DNA of 64,000 nucleotides from Hemiscyllium ocellatum (Eukaryota). The notes under the pieces were generated by a model that made no database searches, was not told where the DNA came from, and worked only from the letters and a program-made list of their open reading frames with translations. Position 1 is the stretch's first letter. Every line of letters starts with the position of its first letter. Position numbers and translations under genes: made by a program. Of this stretch, positions 23,870 through 35,176 are shown piece by piece. Location of the stretch: assembly GCF_020745735.1 (NCBI RefSeq), contig NC_083435.1, positions 2,891,905 to 2,955,904 of the forward strand. Reading direction: 5' to 3'.

Positions 23870-26290
23870 CCCACAATGGGCCAAACAGCAGCAGGAGGAG
23901 ACCATTCGGCCCATCCAGTCCGCTCCACCATTCGATCTTCCCAAACCCAATCCCACTCTCCTGCCTTCCCTCTGTAACCCTGACCCCATTCCCAACCCCA
24001 CTCTCCTGCCTTCCCTCTGTAACCCTGACCCCATTCCCAACCCCACTCTCCTGCCTTCTCTCTGTAACCCTGACCCCATTCCCAACCCCACTCTCCTGCC
24101 TTCTCTCTGTAACCCTGACCCCATTCCCAACCCCACTCTCCTGCCTTCTCTCTGTAACCCTGACCCCATTCCCAACCCCACTCTCCTGCCTTCTCTCTGT
24201 AACCCTGACCCCATTCCCAACCACTCTCCTGCCTTCTCTCTGTAACCCTGACCCCATTCCCAACCCCACTCTCCTGCCTTCTCTCTGTAACCCTGACCCC
24301 ATTCCCAACCCCACTCTCCTGCCTTCTCTCTGTAACCCTGACCCCATTCCCAACCCCACTCTCCTGCCTTCCCTCTGTAACCCTGACCCCATTCCCAACC
24401 CCACTCTCCTGCCTTCCCTCTGTAACCCTGACCCCATTCCCAACCCCACTCTCCTGCCTTCTCTCTGTAACCCTGACCCCATTCCCAACCCCACTCTCCT
24501 GCCTTCTCTCTGTAACCCTGACCCCATTCCCAACCCCACTCTCCTGCCTTCTCTCTGTAACCCTGACCCCATTCCCAACCCCACTCTCCTGCCTTCCCTC
24601 TGTAACCCTGACCCCATTCCCAACCCCACTCTCCTGCCTTCTCTCTGTAACCCTGACCCCATTCCCAACCCCACTCTCCTGCCTTCTCTCTGTAACCCTG
24701 ACCCCATTCCCAACCCCACTCTCCTGCCTTCTCTCTGTAACCCTGACCCCATTCCCAACCCCACTCTCCTGCCTTCTCTCTGTAACCCTGACCCCATTCC
24801 CAACCCCACTCTCCTGCCTTCTCTCTGTAACCCTGACCCCATTCCCAACCCCACTCTCCTGCCTTCTCTCTGTAACCCTGACCCCATTCCCAACCCCACT
24901 CTCCTGCCTTCTCTCTGTAACCCTGACCCCATTCCCAACCCCACTCTCCTGCCTTCTCTCTGTAACCCTGACCCCATTCCCAACCCCACTCTCCTGCCTT
25001 CTCTCTGTAACCCTGACCCCATTCCCAACCCCACTCTCCTGCCTTCTCTCTGTAACCCTGACCCCATTCCCAACCCCACTCTCCTGCCTTCTCTCTGTAA
25101 CCCTGACCCCATTCCCAACCCCACTCTCCTGCCTTCTCTCTGTAACCCTGACCCCATTCCCAACCCCACTCTCCTGCCTTCTCTCTGTAACCCTGACCCC
25201 ATTCCCAACCCCACTCTCCTGCCTTCTCTCTGTAACCCTGACCCCATTCCCAACCCCACTCTCCTGCCTTCCCTCTGTAACCCTGACCCCATTCCCAACC
25301 CCACTCTCCTGCCTTCCCTCTGTAACCCTGACCCCGTTCCCAACCCCACTCTCCTGCTTTCTTTCTGTAACCCTGACCCCATTCCCAACCCCACTCTCCT
25401 GCCTTCTCTCTGTAACCCTGACCCCATTCCCAACCCCACTCTCCTGCCTTCTCTCTGTAACCCTGACCCCATTCCCAACCCCACTCTCCTGCCTTCCCTC
25501 TGTAACCCTGACCCCGTTCCCAATCAAGAACCGATCTCTCTCCATCTTTAATGCACTCAATGACCTGAACCCCCACAGTCTTGTGTGACACTGAATTCCA
25601 GAGTCCCCATCCTCTGCCTCAGGAAATGCCTCCTCATCTCAGTTCGAAAGGGTTGGTCCCTACATCCAGAGGCTGTGCCCTCGGGTCCTCGTCTCTCCTA
25701 CTGGTACCAACATCTTCTCCATGTCCACTCTATCCAGACCACTCAGGATTCTCAAAGTTTCTAATGGATTCCTTCCTCTCATCCTTTGGAATTCTATGGA
25801 GCACAGATCCAGAATCTTCAAACCCCTTTCATCCCTTGGATCATTCTTTGTAAATCTCGTCTGGACCTTCTCCAATGTCAGTGCACCCTTCCTTAGATAC
25901 AGGGCCCAAAACTGACCACGATATCCCAAAGAAACCAGATCCTTATCCAGTCTCAGCCGTGCATCCCTGCTCTTGTATTCTAGCCCTCTTGAAGTGAATG
26001 CTAACATTACATTTCCTTTCCTAACTGCTACCTAATCCAACCTGTCTATCTGAGGAGTCTGAGTTCAGGATTCTTTCAAGTTCTTTCGCATTTCATATTG
26101 CTGAAGTCTTTCCCCATTTAGAAAACAGTGTGTTCCTGCTCTTCCTACCAAAGTGCAGAACCTCACACTTTCCCACATTGGATTCCATCTGCCATTTCTC
26201 TGCTCACGTTTTTCAGCCTGTCCAAGCCCGGCTGCAGCCTCCCCACCTCCTCGACACGACCTGACCCTCCACCTGCCCTTGTGACAGCTG
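23870..26290 (-). mobile_element. Degraded CR1 LINE 3' fragment, split by a 45-bp minisatellite
   Basis: ORF 25660-26007 (MLAFTSRGLEYKSRD..QFWALYLRK..LSGLDRVD..RTRGHSL) is the CR1 RT C-terminus. CR1 3'-end sequence continues on both sides of the array. Confidence 0.75.
23950..25522 (+). repeat. 45-bp minisatellite, ~35 highly homogeneous copies (TAPBP intron 6)
   Basis: Unit CCCCACTCTCCTGCCTTCTCTCTGTAACCCTGACCCCATTCCCAA; 60-nt lines recur every 180 bp; one unit near 24220 has a 2-bp deletion. Confidence 0.97.
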
Positions 26291-26409
26291 CAAGATTACA
26301 CCGACAAATATTGCTGTTATATTAGCACGTGCGGTATATTTTATGTACGTTATAGTCCAGTGTGATATGTTTTATATACATTATATTACAGTGGTCACAT
26401 TGTTGTATC

Positions 26410-28180
26410 TCTGACCCTCCCCACACCCCTCTGTATCTCTATACCCCCCCCTCTGTATCTCTATATCCCCCCCACACCCCTCTGTATATCTATACCCCCC
26501 CTCTGTATCTCTATACCCCCCCCATACCCCTCTGTATCTCTATACCCCCCCTCTGTATCTCTATACCCCCCCCACACCCCTCTGTATCTCTATACCCCCC
26601 CTCTGTATCTCTATACCCCCCCACACCCCTCTGTATCTCTATACCCCCCCACACCCCTCTGTATCTCTATACCCCCCCTCTGTATATCTATACCCCCCCA
26701 CACCCCTCTGTATCTCTATACCCCCCACACCCCTCTGTATCTCTATACCCCCCCCACACCCCTCTGTATCTCTATACCCCCCCCACCCCTCTGTATCTCT
26801 ATACCCCCCCCACACCCCTCTGTATCTCTATACCCCCCCTCTGTATCTCTATACACCCCCACACCCCTCTGTATCTCTATACACCCCCACACCCCTCTGT
26901 ATCTCTATACCCCCCCTCTGTATCTCTATACCCCCCCACACCCCTCTGTATCTCTATACCCCCCTCTGTATCTCTATACCCCCCCACACCCCTCTGTATC
27001 TCTATACCCCCCTCTGTATCTCTATACCCCCCCACACCCCTCTGTATCTCTATACCCCCCCACACCCCTCTGTATCTCTATACCCCCCCTCTGTATCTCT
27101 ATACCCCCCCACACCCCTCTGTATCTCTATACCGCCCCTCTGTATCTCTATACCCCCCCTCTGTATCTCTATACCCCCCCACACCCCTCTGTATCTCTAT
27201 ACCCCCCTCTGTATCTCTATACCCCCCCACACCCCTCTGTATCTCTATACCCCCCTCTGTATCTCTATACCCCCCCACACCCCTCTGTATCTCTATACCC
27301 CCCCTCTGTATCTCTATATACCCCCCACACCCCTCTGTATCTCTATACCCCCCCACACCCCTCTGTATCTCTATACCCCCCTCTGTATCTCTATACCCCC
27401 CACACCCCTCTGTATCTCTATACCCCCCTCTGTATCTCTATATACCCCCCCACACCCCTCTGTATCTCTATACCCCCCACACCCTTCTGTATCTCTATAT
27501 ACCCCCCCACCCCTCTGTATCTCTATACCCCCCCTCTGTATCTCTATACCCCCCCACACCCCTCTGTATCTCTATACCCCCCCTCTGTATCTCTATACCC
27601 CCCCCACACCCCTCTGTATCTCTCTACCACCCCTCTGTATCTCTATACCCCCCCACACCCCTCTGTATCTCTATACCCCCCCTCTGTATCTCTATACCCC
27701 CCACACCCCTCTGTATCTCTATACCCCCCTCTGTATCTCTATACCCCCCCACACCCCTCTGTATCTCTATACCCCCCCACACCCCTCTGTATCTCTATAC
27801 CCCCCACACCCTTCTGTATCTCTATATACCCCCCCACCCCTCTGTATCTCTATACCCCCCCACACCCCTCTGTATCTCTATACCCCCCCTCTGTATCTCT
27901 ATACCCCCCCCCACACCCCTCTGTATCTCTCTACCACCCCTCTGTATCTCTCTACCCCCCCACACCCCTCTGTATCTCTATACCCCCCCACACCCCTCTG
28001 TATCTCTATACCCCCCACACCCCTCTGTATCTCTATACCCCCCACACCCCTCTGTATCTCTATACCCCCCCACACCCCTCTGTATCTCTCTACCACCCCA
28101 CACCCCTCTGTATCTCTATACCCCCCACACCCCTCTGTATCTCTATACCCCCCCACACCCCTCTGTATCTCTATACCCCC
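26410..28180 (+). repeat. C-rich variable ~19-28 bp tandem repeat
   Basis: CTCTGTATCTCTATA(C)n, with or without ACACCC, repeated throughout. Confidence 0.95.
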
Positions 28181-29127
28181 TCCAGCCACTAAACTCTTTT
28201 CCTATTTCTGTAGCCACCTCCCCAACACCCCCTCCCTTTCCTGCTGGTTAATGGGTGTTATTCCTACTGGTTAATGAGGTCTATTCCTGCTGGTTAATGG
28301 GGGTTATTCCTGCTGGTTAATGGGGGTTATTCCTGCTGGTTAATGGGGGCTATTCCTCTGGTTAATGAGGTCTATCCCTGCTGGTTAATGGGGGTTATTC
28401 CTGCTGGTTAATGGGGGTTATTCCTGCTGGTTAATGGGGTCTATCCCTGCTGGTTAATGGGGACTATTCCTGCTGGTTAATGGGGACTATTCCTGCTGGT
28501 TAATGGGGTCGATCCCTGCTGGTTAAAGGTCTATTCCTGCTGGTTAATGGGGTCTATCCCTGCTGGTTAATGGGGAATATTCCTGCTGGTTAATGGGGTC
28601 TATCCCTGCTGGTTAATGGGGGATATTCCTGCTGGTTAATGGGGTCGATCCCTGCTGGTTAAAGGTCTATTCCTGCTGGTTAATGGGGTCTATCCCTGCT
28701 GGTTAATGGGGGATATCCCTGCTGGTTAATGGGGGATATCCCTGCTGGTTAAAGGTCTATCCCTGCTGGTTAATGGTCTATCCCTGCTGGTTAATGGGGT
28801 CTATCCCTGCTGGTTAATGGGGTCTATCCCTGCTGGTTATTGGGGTCTGTTCCTGCTGGTTAATGGGGTCTATCCCTGCTGGTTAATGGGGTCTGTTCCT
28901 GCTGGTTATTGGGGTCTGTTCCTGCTGGTTAAAGGTCTATTCCTGCTGGTTATTGGGGTCTATTCCTGCTGGTTAATGGGGTCTGTTCCTGCTGGTTAAT
29001 GGGGTCTGTTCCTGCTGGTTATTGGGGTCTATCCCTGCTGGTTAATGGGGTCTATCCCTGCTGGTTAATGGGGTCTGTTCCTGCTGGTTATTGGTTGGAA
29101 AGTGTACGTGTGTGTTTGTTTTTGCAG

Positions 29128-29171
29128 TATACGGTCTGCTGTTTGGAACAGAAGGGAGACCAGCAGAAAAG
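29128..29171 (+). CDS. TAPBP: Tapasin exon 7 (cytoplasmic)
   Basis: Acceptor TTTGTTTTTGCAG, donor AAG|GTAAAC, phase 1 in and phase 0 out. Encodes (V)YGLLFGTEGRPAEK. It is the best-fitting unique exon between the TM exon and the terminal exon. Confidence 0.75.
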
Positions 29172-29440
29172 GTAAACAGCTGAGGGTCACGCTGACTCAG
29201 GGCAAAGGTCACGGAGATTAACCTCAAAGCAACTTCCGGCTCGGAATGGAGTCAGAACGAAGGCAATTCCTGCTGGTTAATGGGAGCTTTCCCTGCTGGT
29301 TAATGCAGATATTCCTGCTGGTTAATGGGGGATATTCCTGCTGGTTAATGGTGACAATTCCTGCTGGTTAATGGGAGGTATTCCTGCTGGTTAATGGGGG
29401 ATATTGTTGTGGTTCTGTTCGCCGAGCTGGAAGTTTTTGT

Positions 29441-29482
29441 TGCAAACGTTTCGTCCCCTGGCTAGGAGACATCTTCAGTGCA
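29441..29482 (-). ncRNA. Minimal hammerhead ribozyme motif (family B)
   Basis: - strand: UGCA-CUGAAGA-U-GUCUCC(UAGCCA)GGGGAC-GAAA-CGUU^UGCA. Confidence 0.7.
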
Positions 29483-29590
29483 CTGGAGCCTCCTGCGAAG
29501 CGCTTCTTTGATGTTTCTTCCGGCATTTATAGTGGTCTGTCCTTGCCGCTTCCGGGTGTCAGTTTCAGCTGTCCGCTGTAGTGGTTGGTA

Positions 29591-29902
29591 TTAGATTAGA
29601 TTACTTACAGTGTGGAAACAGGCCCTTCGGCCCAACAAGTCCACACCAACCCGCCGAAGCGCAACCCACCCATACCCCTACATTTACCCCTTACCTAACA
29701 CTACGGGCAATTTAGCATGGCCAATTCACCTGACCCGCACATCTTTGGACTGTGGGAGGAAACCAGAGCACCTGGAGGAAACCCACGTAGACACGGGGAG
29801 AATGTGCAAACTCCACACAGTCAGTCGCCTGAGTCGGGAATTGAACCTGGGTCTCTGGCGCTGTGAGGCAGCAGTGCTAACCACTGTGCCACCGTGCCGC
29901 CC
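29591..29902 (-). mobile_element. Full-length HE1-like tRNA-derived V-SINE nested in the Penelope element
   Basis: - strand begins GGGCGGCACGGTGGCACAGTGGTTAGCACTGCTGCCTCACAG (A box), has B box GGTTCAATTCC, and ends in a (TCTAA)n tail. Confidence 0.92.
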
Positions 29903-30417
29903 TATGATAGTAGTGTTTTCCCAGTCGAATTCATGTTGCTTGTTGTCTGAGTGTGTGGCTACTAGGGATAGCTGGTCGTGTCGTTTCGTGGCTAGTTGAT
30001 GTTCATGTATGCGGATTGTTAGCTGTCTTCCTGTTTGTCCTATATAGTGTTTTGTGCAGTCCTTGCATGGTAGTTTGTAAACTACATTAGTTTTGCTCAT
30101 GTTGGGTATCGGCTCCTTTGTTCTAGTAAGTTGTTGTCTGAGCGTGGCTGTTGGTTTGTGTGCCGTTATGAGTCCTAAGGGTCGCAGTAGTCGACTGGGA
30201 AAACACTACTATCATAGGGCAAGCCAGACAGAGAACAGCCAGGGGATTCCCAGAGGCATGGCATTCATCCACAAACTCCATCAACAAACACATCGACCTG
30301 GACCCAATATACCAACCACTACAGCGGACAGCTGAAACTGACACCCGGAAGCGGCAAGGACAGACCACTATAAATGCCGGAAGAAACATCAAAGAAGCGC
30401 TTCGCAGGAGGCTCCAG

Positions 30418-30459
30418 TGCACTGAAGATGTCTCCTAGCCAGGGGACGAAACGTTTGCA
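30418..30459 (+). ncRNA. Minimal hammerhead ribozyme motif (family B), sense to TAPBP intron 7
   Basis: TGCA CTGAAGA T GTCTCC TAGCCA GGGGAC GAAA CGTT^TGCA: 4-bp stem I, 6-bp stem II, intact core. Confidence 0.72.
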
Positions 30460-31779
30460 ACAAAAACTTCCAGCTCGGCGAACAGAACCACAACAACGAG
30501 CACCCGAGCTACAAATCTTCGCACAAACCTTGAATGGGGGATATTCCTACTGGTTAATGGGGGTTATCCTGTTGGTTAATGGGGGTTATTTCTGCTGGTT
30601 TAGGGGGTTTATTCCTGCTGGTTAATGGGGATATTCCTGCTGGTTAATGGGGGATATTCCTGCTGGTTAATGGAAGCTATTCCTGCTGGTTAATGGGGAT
30701 GTTCCTGCTAGTTAATGGGGTCCATTCCTGCTGGTCAATGGGCAGAGCTATTCCTACTGATTAATGGAGACGAATCCTGCTGGTTAATGGGAGATACTTC
30801 TGCTGGTTAATGGGGGATATTCCTGCTGGTTAATGGGGGTTATTTATGCTGGTTAATGGGAGATATTTCTGCTGGTTAATGGGGGATATTCCTGCTGGTT
30901 AATGGGGGTTATTCCTGCTGGTAAATGGAAGCTACCCCTGCTGGTTAATAGGGGTTATTCCTGCTAGCTAATGGGATCTATTCCTGCTGGTTAATGGGGG
31001 TTATTCCTGCTGGTTTATGGGGGCAATTCCTGCTGGTTAATGAGAGATATTTCTGTAGGTTAATGGGAGCTATCCCTGCTGATTTATGGAATTATTCCTG
31101 ATGGTTAATGAGGGCTGGTTAATTGGAGGTATTCCTGCTGGTTAATGGGGCTATTCCTGCTGGTTAATGGAAGCTATTCCTGCTGGTTAATGGGGGATAT
31201 TCCTGCTGGTTAATGGAAGCTATTCCTGCTGGTTAATGGGGTCCATTCCTGCTGGTTAATGGGCAGAGTTATTCCTACTGGTTAATGGAGACGATTCCTA
31301 CTGGTTAATGGGGGTTATTCCTGCTGGTTAACGGGGGCAATTCCTGCTGGTTAATGGGGGCAATTCCTGCTGGTCAATGGGAGCTATTCCTGCTGGTCAA
31401 TGGGAGCTACTCCTGCTGGTTAATCGGGGTTATTCCTGCTGGTTAATGGGGTCTATTCCTGCTGGTTAATGGGGTTAGTCCTGCTGGTTAATGGGAATGA
31501 TTCCTGCTATTGGGGGTTGAGCCAGTTGTGGGTAGGACAATAAATCCTAACCCCACCCCACCCCACCCCGTGGTGCCCATGTGCCAGGGGTGAATGGGGC
31601 AGACAGTGAGATACAGGGAGGGACCCGGAGATGTTACAGGAGGTAAACACTTGTGGTTATCTGTATCACACTCAGACTGAGGTCCACTGAACAGGGAGAG
31701 GGAGAGGGAGAGGCAGGGGGTGTTCCTGTCCAATCTCTCACATCATTACTCACTGCACCTTCCCCATCCTGTCTTCCAG

Positions 31780-31794
31780 GTGAAAACTAACTAA
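31780..31794 (+). CDS. TAPBP: Tapasin exon 8 (terminal coding micro-exon, VKTN-stop)
   Basis: Acceptor CCCCATCCTGTCTTCCAG, then GTG AAA ACT AAC TAA. The spliced C-terminus AEKVKTN* has Lys at -5 and -3 (KxKxx ER-retrieval motif). Exons 2-8 total 1325 nt; with one base from exon 1 this is 442 codons. Confidence 0.75.
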   Translation: MKTN

Positions 31795-32002
31795 CCATCC
31801 AGGCTGCTGTCAGAGAGGTGCTGACGAACTGTCGGTACGTATAAAAGGGATTTTTAACCACAGTTCCTGTGAGTGAGTGCTGTGCTGCTCCCACTGACAC
31901 TGAACAGAGAGAGGGAGACAATGTTACCAAGCAGAAACCTCAGAAAGGGATCATGCTGTAGGGCTGAGTGAAATAGGGGTCGATCAGGAGGGTGGGGGGA
32001 GG

Positions 32003-34795
32003 GTGGAAATTGGCAGATACACTATTGTGGGGATAACGGAGACGTGGCTTCAAGTGGACAGGGCCTTGGAAATGAATATTCAAGGCTACACGTGCTATGG
32101 TAAGGACAGACTGACGGGCAGAGGGGGTGGGGTGGCCTTGTTGGTAAGGGATGATATTCAGTCCCTTGCGCGGGGGGACCTAGAATCAGGAGATGTAGAG
32201 TCAGTGTGGATAGAGCTGAGAAATACTAAGGGTAAAAAGACCCTCTTGAGAGTCATCTACAGGCCCCCAAACAGTAGTCTGGATGTCGGATGTAAGATGA
32301 ATCAGGAGCTGAAATTGGCCTGTCGCAAAGATGTTACTACAGTTGTTATGGGGGATTTTAACATGCAGGTAGACTGGGAGAATCAGGATGGTATTGGATC
32401 TCAAGAAAGAGACTTTGTGGAGTGCCTCAGAGATGGATTCTTAGAGCAGCTGGTGCTGGAGCCGACCAGGGAGAAGGCAATTCTGGATCTGGTATTGTGT
32501 AACAAACCAGAATTGGTCAGAGACCTCGAAGTGAAGGAGCCATTGGGAAGTAGTGACCATAATGCATTTAGCAATTTGAGGGGGAGAGGGTACAGTCGGA
32601 ACTGACAGTACTTCTGTTGAATAAAGGGAACTATGGAGCTATGAGGGAGGAGCTGGCCAAAGTTCAATGGTGCAATACCTTAGCAGGGATGACCTTGGAG
32701 GAACAATGGCGGATATTTCTGTGTATAATGCAGAAGTTGCAGGATCAGTTCATTCCTAAAAGGAAGAAAGATCCCAGGAGGAGGCATGGGCGGCCGTGGC
32801 TGACGAGGGAAGTTAAGAAACATATAAAGTTAAAAGAGAAAAAGTATAACATAGCAAAGATAAGTGGGAAAACTGAGGACTGGGAAGCTTTTAAAGAGCA
32901 ACAGAGGATTATCAAGAAGGAAATACGCAGAGAAAAAATGAGGTACGAAGGTAAACTAGCCAATAATATAAAGGAGGATAGTAAAAGCTTTTTTTTAGGT
33001 ATGTGAAAGGCAAAAAAATGGTTAGGACTAAAATTGGGCCCTTGAAGACAGAAACAGGAGAATATATTAAGGGGAACAAAGAAATGGCAGAAGAATTAAA
33101 TGGGTACTTCAGATCTGTGTTCACTGGGGAAGACACAAGCAATCTCCCTGAGGCTGAAGGACCTGAACTTAAGGGAATCTATATATGCCAGGATTTGGTG
33201 TTGGAGAGACTGTTAGGTCTGAAGGTTGATAAGTCTCCGGGGCCTGATGGTCTACATCCCAGGGTATTGAAGGAGGTGGCTCGGGAAATCGTGGATGCGT
33301 TGGTGATTATTTTCCAGAGTTCGATAGATTCGGGGTCGGTTCCTGAGGATTGGAGGGTGGCTAATGTTATACCACTTTTTAAGAAAGGTGGGAGAGAGAA
33401 GCAGGAAATTATAGACCAGTTAGTCTGACCTCAGTGGTGGGAGTCTATTATAAAGGATGAAATTACGACACATCTGGATAGTAGTAACAGGATAGGTCAG
33501 AGTCAGCATGGATTTATGAAGGGGAAATCATGCTTGACTAATCCTCTGGAATTTTTTGAGGATGTAACTCTGAAGATGGACGAGGGAGATCCAGTAGATG
33601 TAGTGTACCTGGACTTTCAGAAAGCTTTTGATAAAGTCCCACATAGGAGGTTAGTGAGCAAAATTAGGGCGCATGGTATTGGGGGCAAAGTACTAGATTG
33701 GATTGAAAATTGGTTGGCTGATAGGAAACAAAGAGTAGTGATAAACGGCTCCATTTCGGAATGGCAGGCAGTGACCAGTGGGGTACCGCAGGGATCAGTG
33801 CTGGGACCGCAGCTTTTTACAATATATGTTAATGATATAGAAGATGGTATCAGCAATAACATTAGCAAATTTGCTGATGATACTAAGCTGGGTGGCAGGG
33901 TGAAATGTGATGAGGATGTTAGGAGATTACAGGGTGACCTGGACAGGTTAGGTGAGTGGGCAGATGCATGGCAGATGCAGTTTAATGTGGATAAATGTAT
34001 GGTTATCCACTTTGGTGGCAAGAACAGGAAGGCAGATTACTACCTCAATGGAATCAATTTAGGTAAAGGGGCAGTACAGAGAGATCTGGGTGTTCTTGTA
34101 CACCAGTCAATGAAGGCAAGCATGCAGGTACAGCAGGTAGTGAAGAAGGCTAATAGCATGCTGGCCTTCATAACAAGAGGGATTGAGTATAGAAGCAAAG
34201 AGGTTTTTCTGCAGCTGTACAGGGCCCTGGTGAGACCACACCTGGAGTACTGTGTGCAGTTCTGGTCTCCAAATTTGAGGAAAGACATTCTGGCTATTGA
34301 GGGAGTGCAGCGTAGGTTCACGAGGTCAATTCCTGGAATGGTGGGATTACCTTACACTGAAAGACTGAAGCGACTGGGCTTGTATACCCTTGAGTTTAGA
34401 AGACTGAGAGGGGATCTGATTGAGACATATAAGATTATGAAAGGATTGGACACCCTGGCAGCAGGAAACATGTTTCCGCTGATGGGTGAGTGCCGAACCA
34501 GAGGACATAGCTTAAAAATACGGGGTAGACCATTTAGGACAGAGATGAGGAGAAACTTCTTCATCCAGAGAGTGGTGGCTGTGTGGAATGCTCTGCCCCA
34601 GAGGGCAGTGGAGGCCCAGTCTCTGGATTCATTTAAGAAAGACTTGGATAGAGCTCTCAAAGATAGTGGAATCAAGGGTTATGGAGATAAGGCAGGAAGA
34701 GGATACTGATTAGGAATGATCAGCCATGATCATATTGAATGGCGGTGCAGGCTCGAAGGGCAGAATGGCCTACTCCTGCACCTATTGTCTATTGG
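32003..34795 (+). mobile_element. CR1-type LINE, near-complete but frameshifted ORF2 (APE endonuclease + RT)
   Basis: ORFs 32003-32605 (VGITETWL..VIYRPPN..VVMGDFN..LDLVL..GSSDH), 32617-33006, 33003-33428 (KSPGPDG), 33516-34709 (YLDFQKAFDKV..GVPQGSVLGP..KFADD). 3' tail ..CCTATTGTCTATTG. Confidence 0.95.
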
Positions 34796-34866
34796 CTGTG
34801 GTGAGGAGAGATTTACTGTAGTCACGTTTACCTAAGTACAGGGAAAAGTTGTGTTTTGTGAGCAAT

Positions 34867-35176
34867 ACAGGCAGATCATAGACACAGGGCCGTACAGGTG
34901 ATCGGGGGCTGGGACAGAGCCAGGGGGACAGGCAGATCATAGACACGGGGCCGTACAGGTGATCGGGGGCTGGGACAGAGCCAGGGGGACAGGCGGATCA
35001 TAGAAATGGGGCCGTACAGGTGATCGTGGGCTGGGACAGAGCCAGGGGGACAGGCAGATCATAGACACGGGGCCGTACAGGTGAACGGGCGCTGGGACAG
35101 AGCCAGGGGGACAGGCGGATCATAGAAATGGGGCCGTACAGGTGATCGTGGGCTGGGACAGAGCCAGGGGGACAGG
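34867..35176 (+). repeat. 61-bp tandem repeat, 5 copies
   Basis: ACAGGCAGATCATAGACACGGGGCCGTACAGGTGATCGGGGGCTGGGACAGAGCCAGGGGG; period checked at 34867 and 34928. Confidence 0.92.

Larger units (their letters stand above)
29406..30532. mobile_element. Penelope-like element with inverted arms, GIY-YIG remnant and 13-bp TSD
   Basis: ORF 29726-30100(-) has VVYKLPCKDCTKHYIGQTGRQLTIRIHEH (GIY-YIG). Right arm 30191-30532 is the reverse complement of the left arm. TSD AATGGGGGATATT at 29393-29405 and 30533-30545. Confidence 0.88.
28245..31500 (+). repeat. ~20-23 bp minisatellite, interrupted by TAPBP exon 7 and a Penelope element
   Basis: Core TTCCTGCTGGTTAATGGG in blocks 28245-29095, 29265-29405 and 30533-31500. 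Confidence 0.95.

Noticed and set aside
23802-25591. Three ~575-aa ORFs on the - strand
   Set aside because: The 45-bp unit (a multiple of 3) has no stops in those frames; all three overlap and are pure repeat.
26362-28251. 629-aa Pro-rich ORF (and the 581/515-aa ORFs at 51068-52813)
   Set aside because: Low-complexity translations of C-rich minisatellites.
15044-31794. Assignment as TAPBPL (TAPBPR) rather than TAPBP
   Set aside because: The GxSGPSL(D/E)D juxtamembrane motif, intramembrane Lys, KxKxx tail and MHC-region neighbour all fit TAPBP. A phylogeny was not run.
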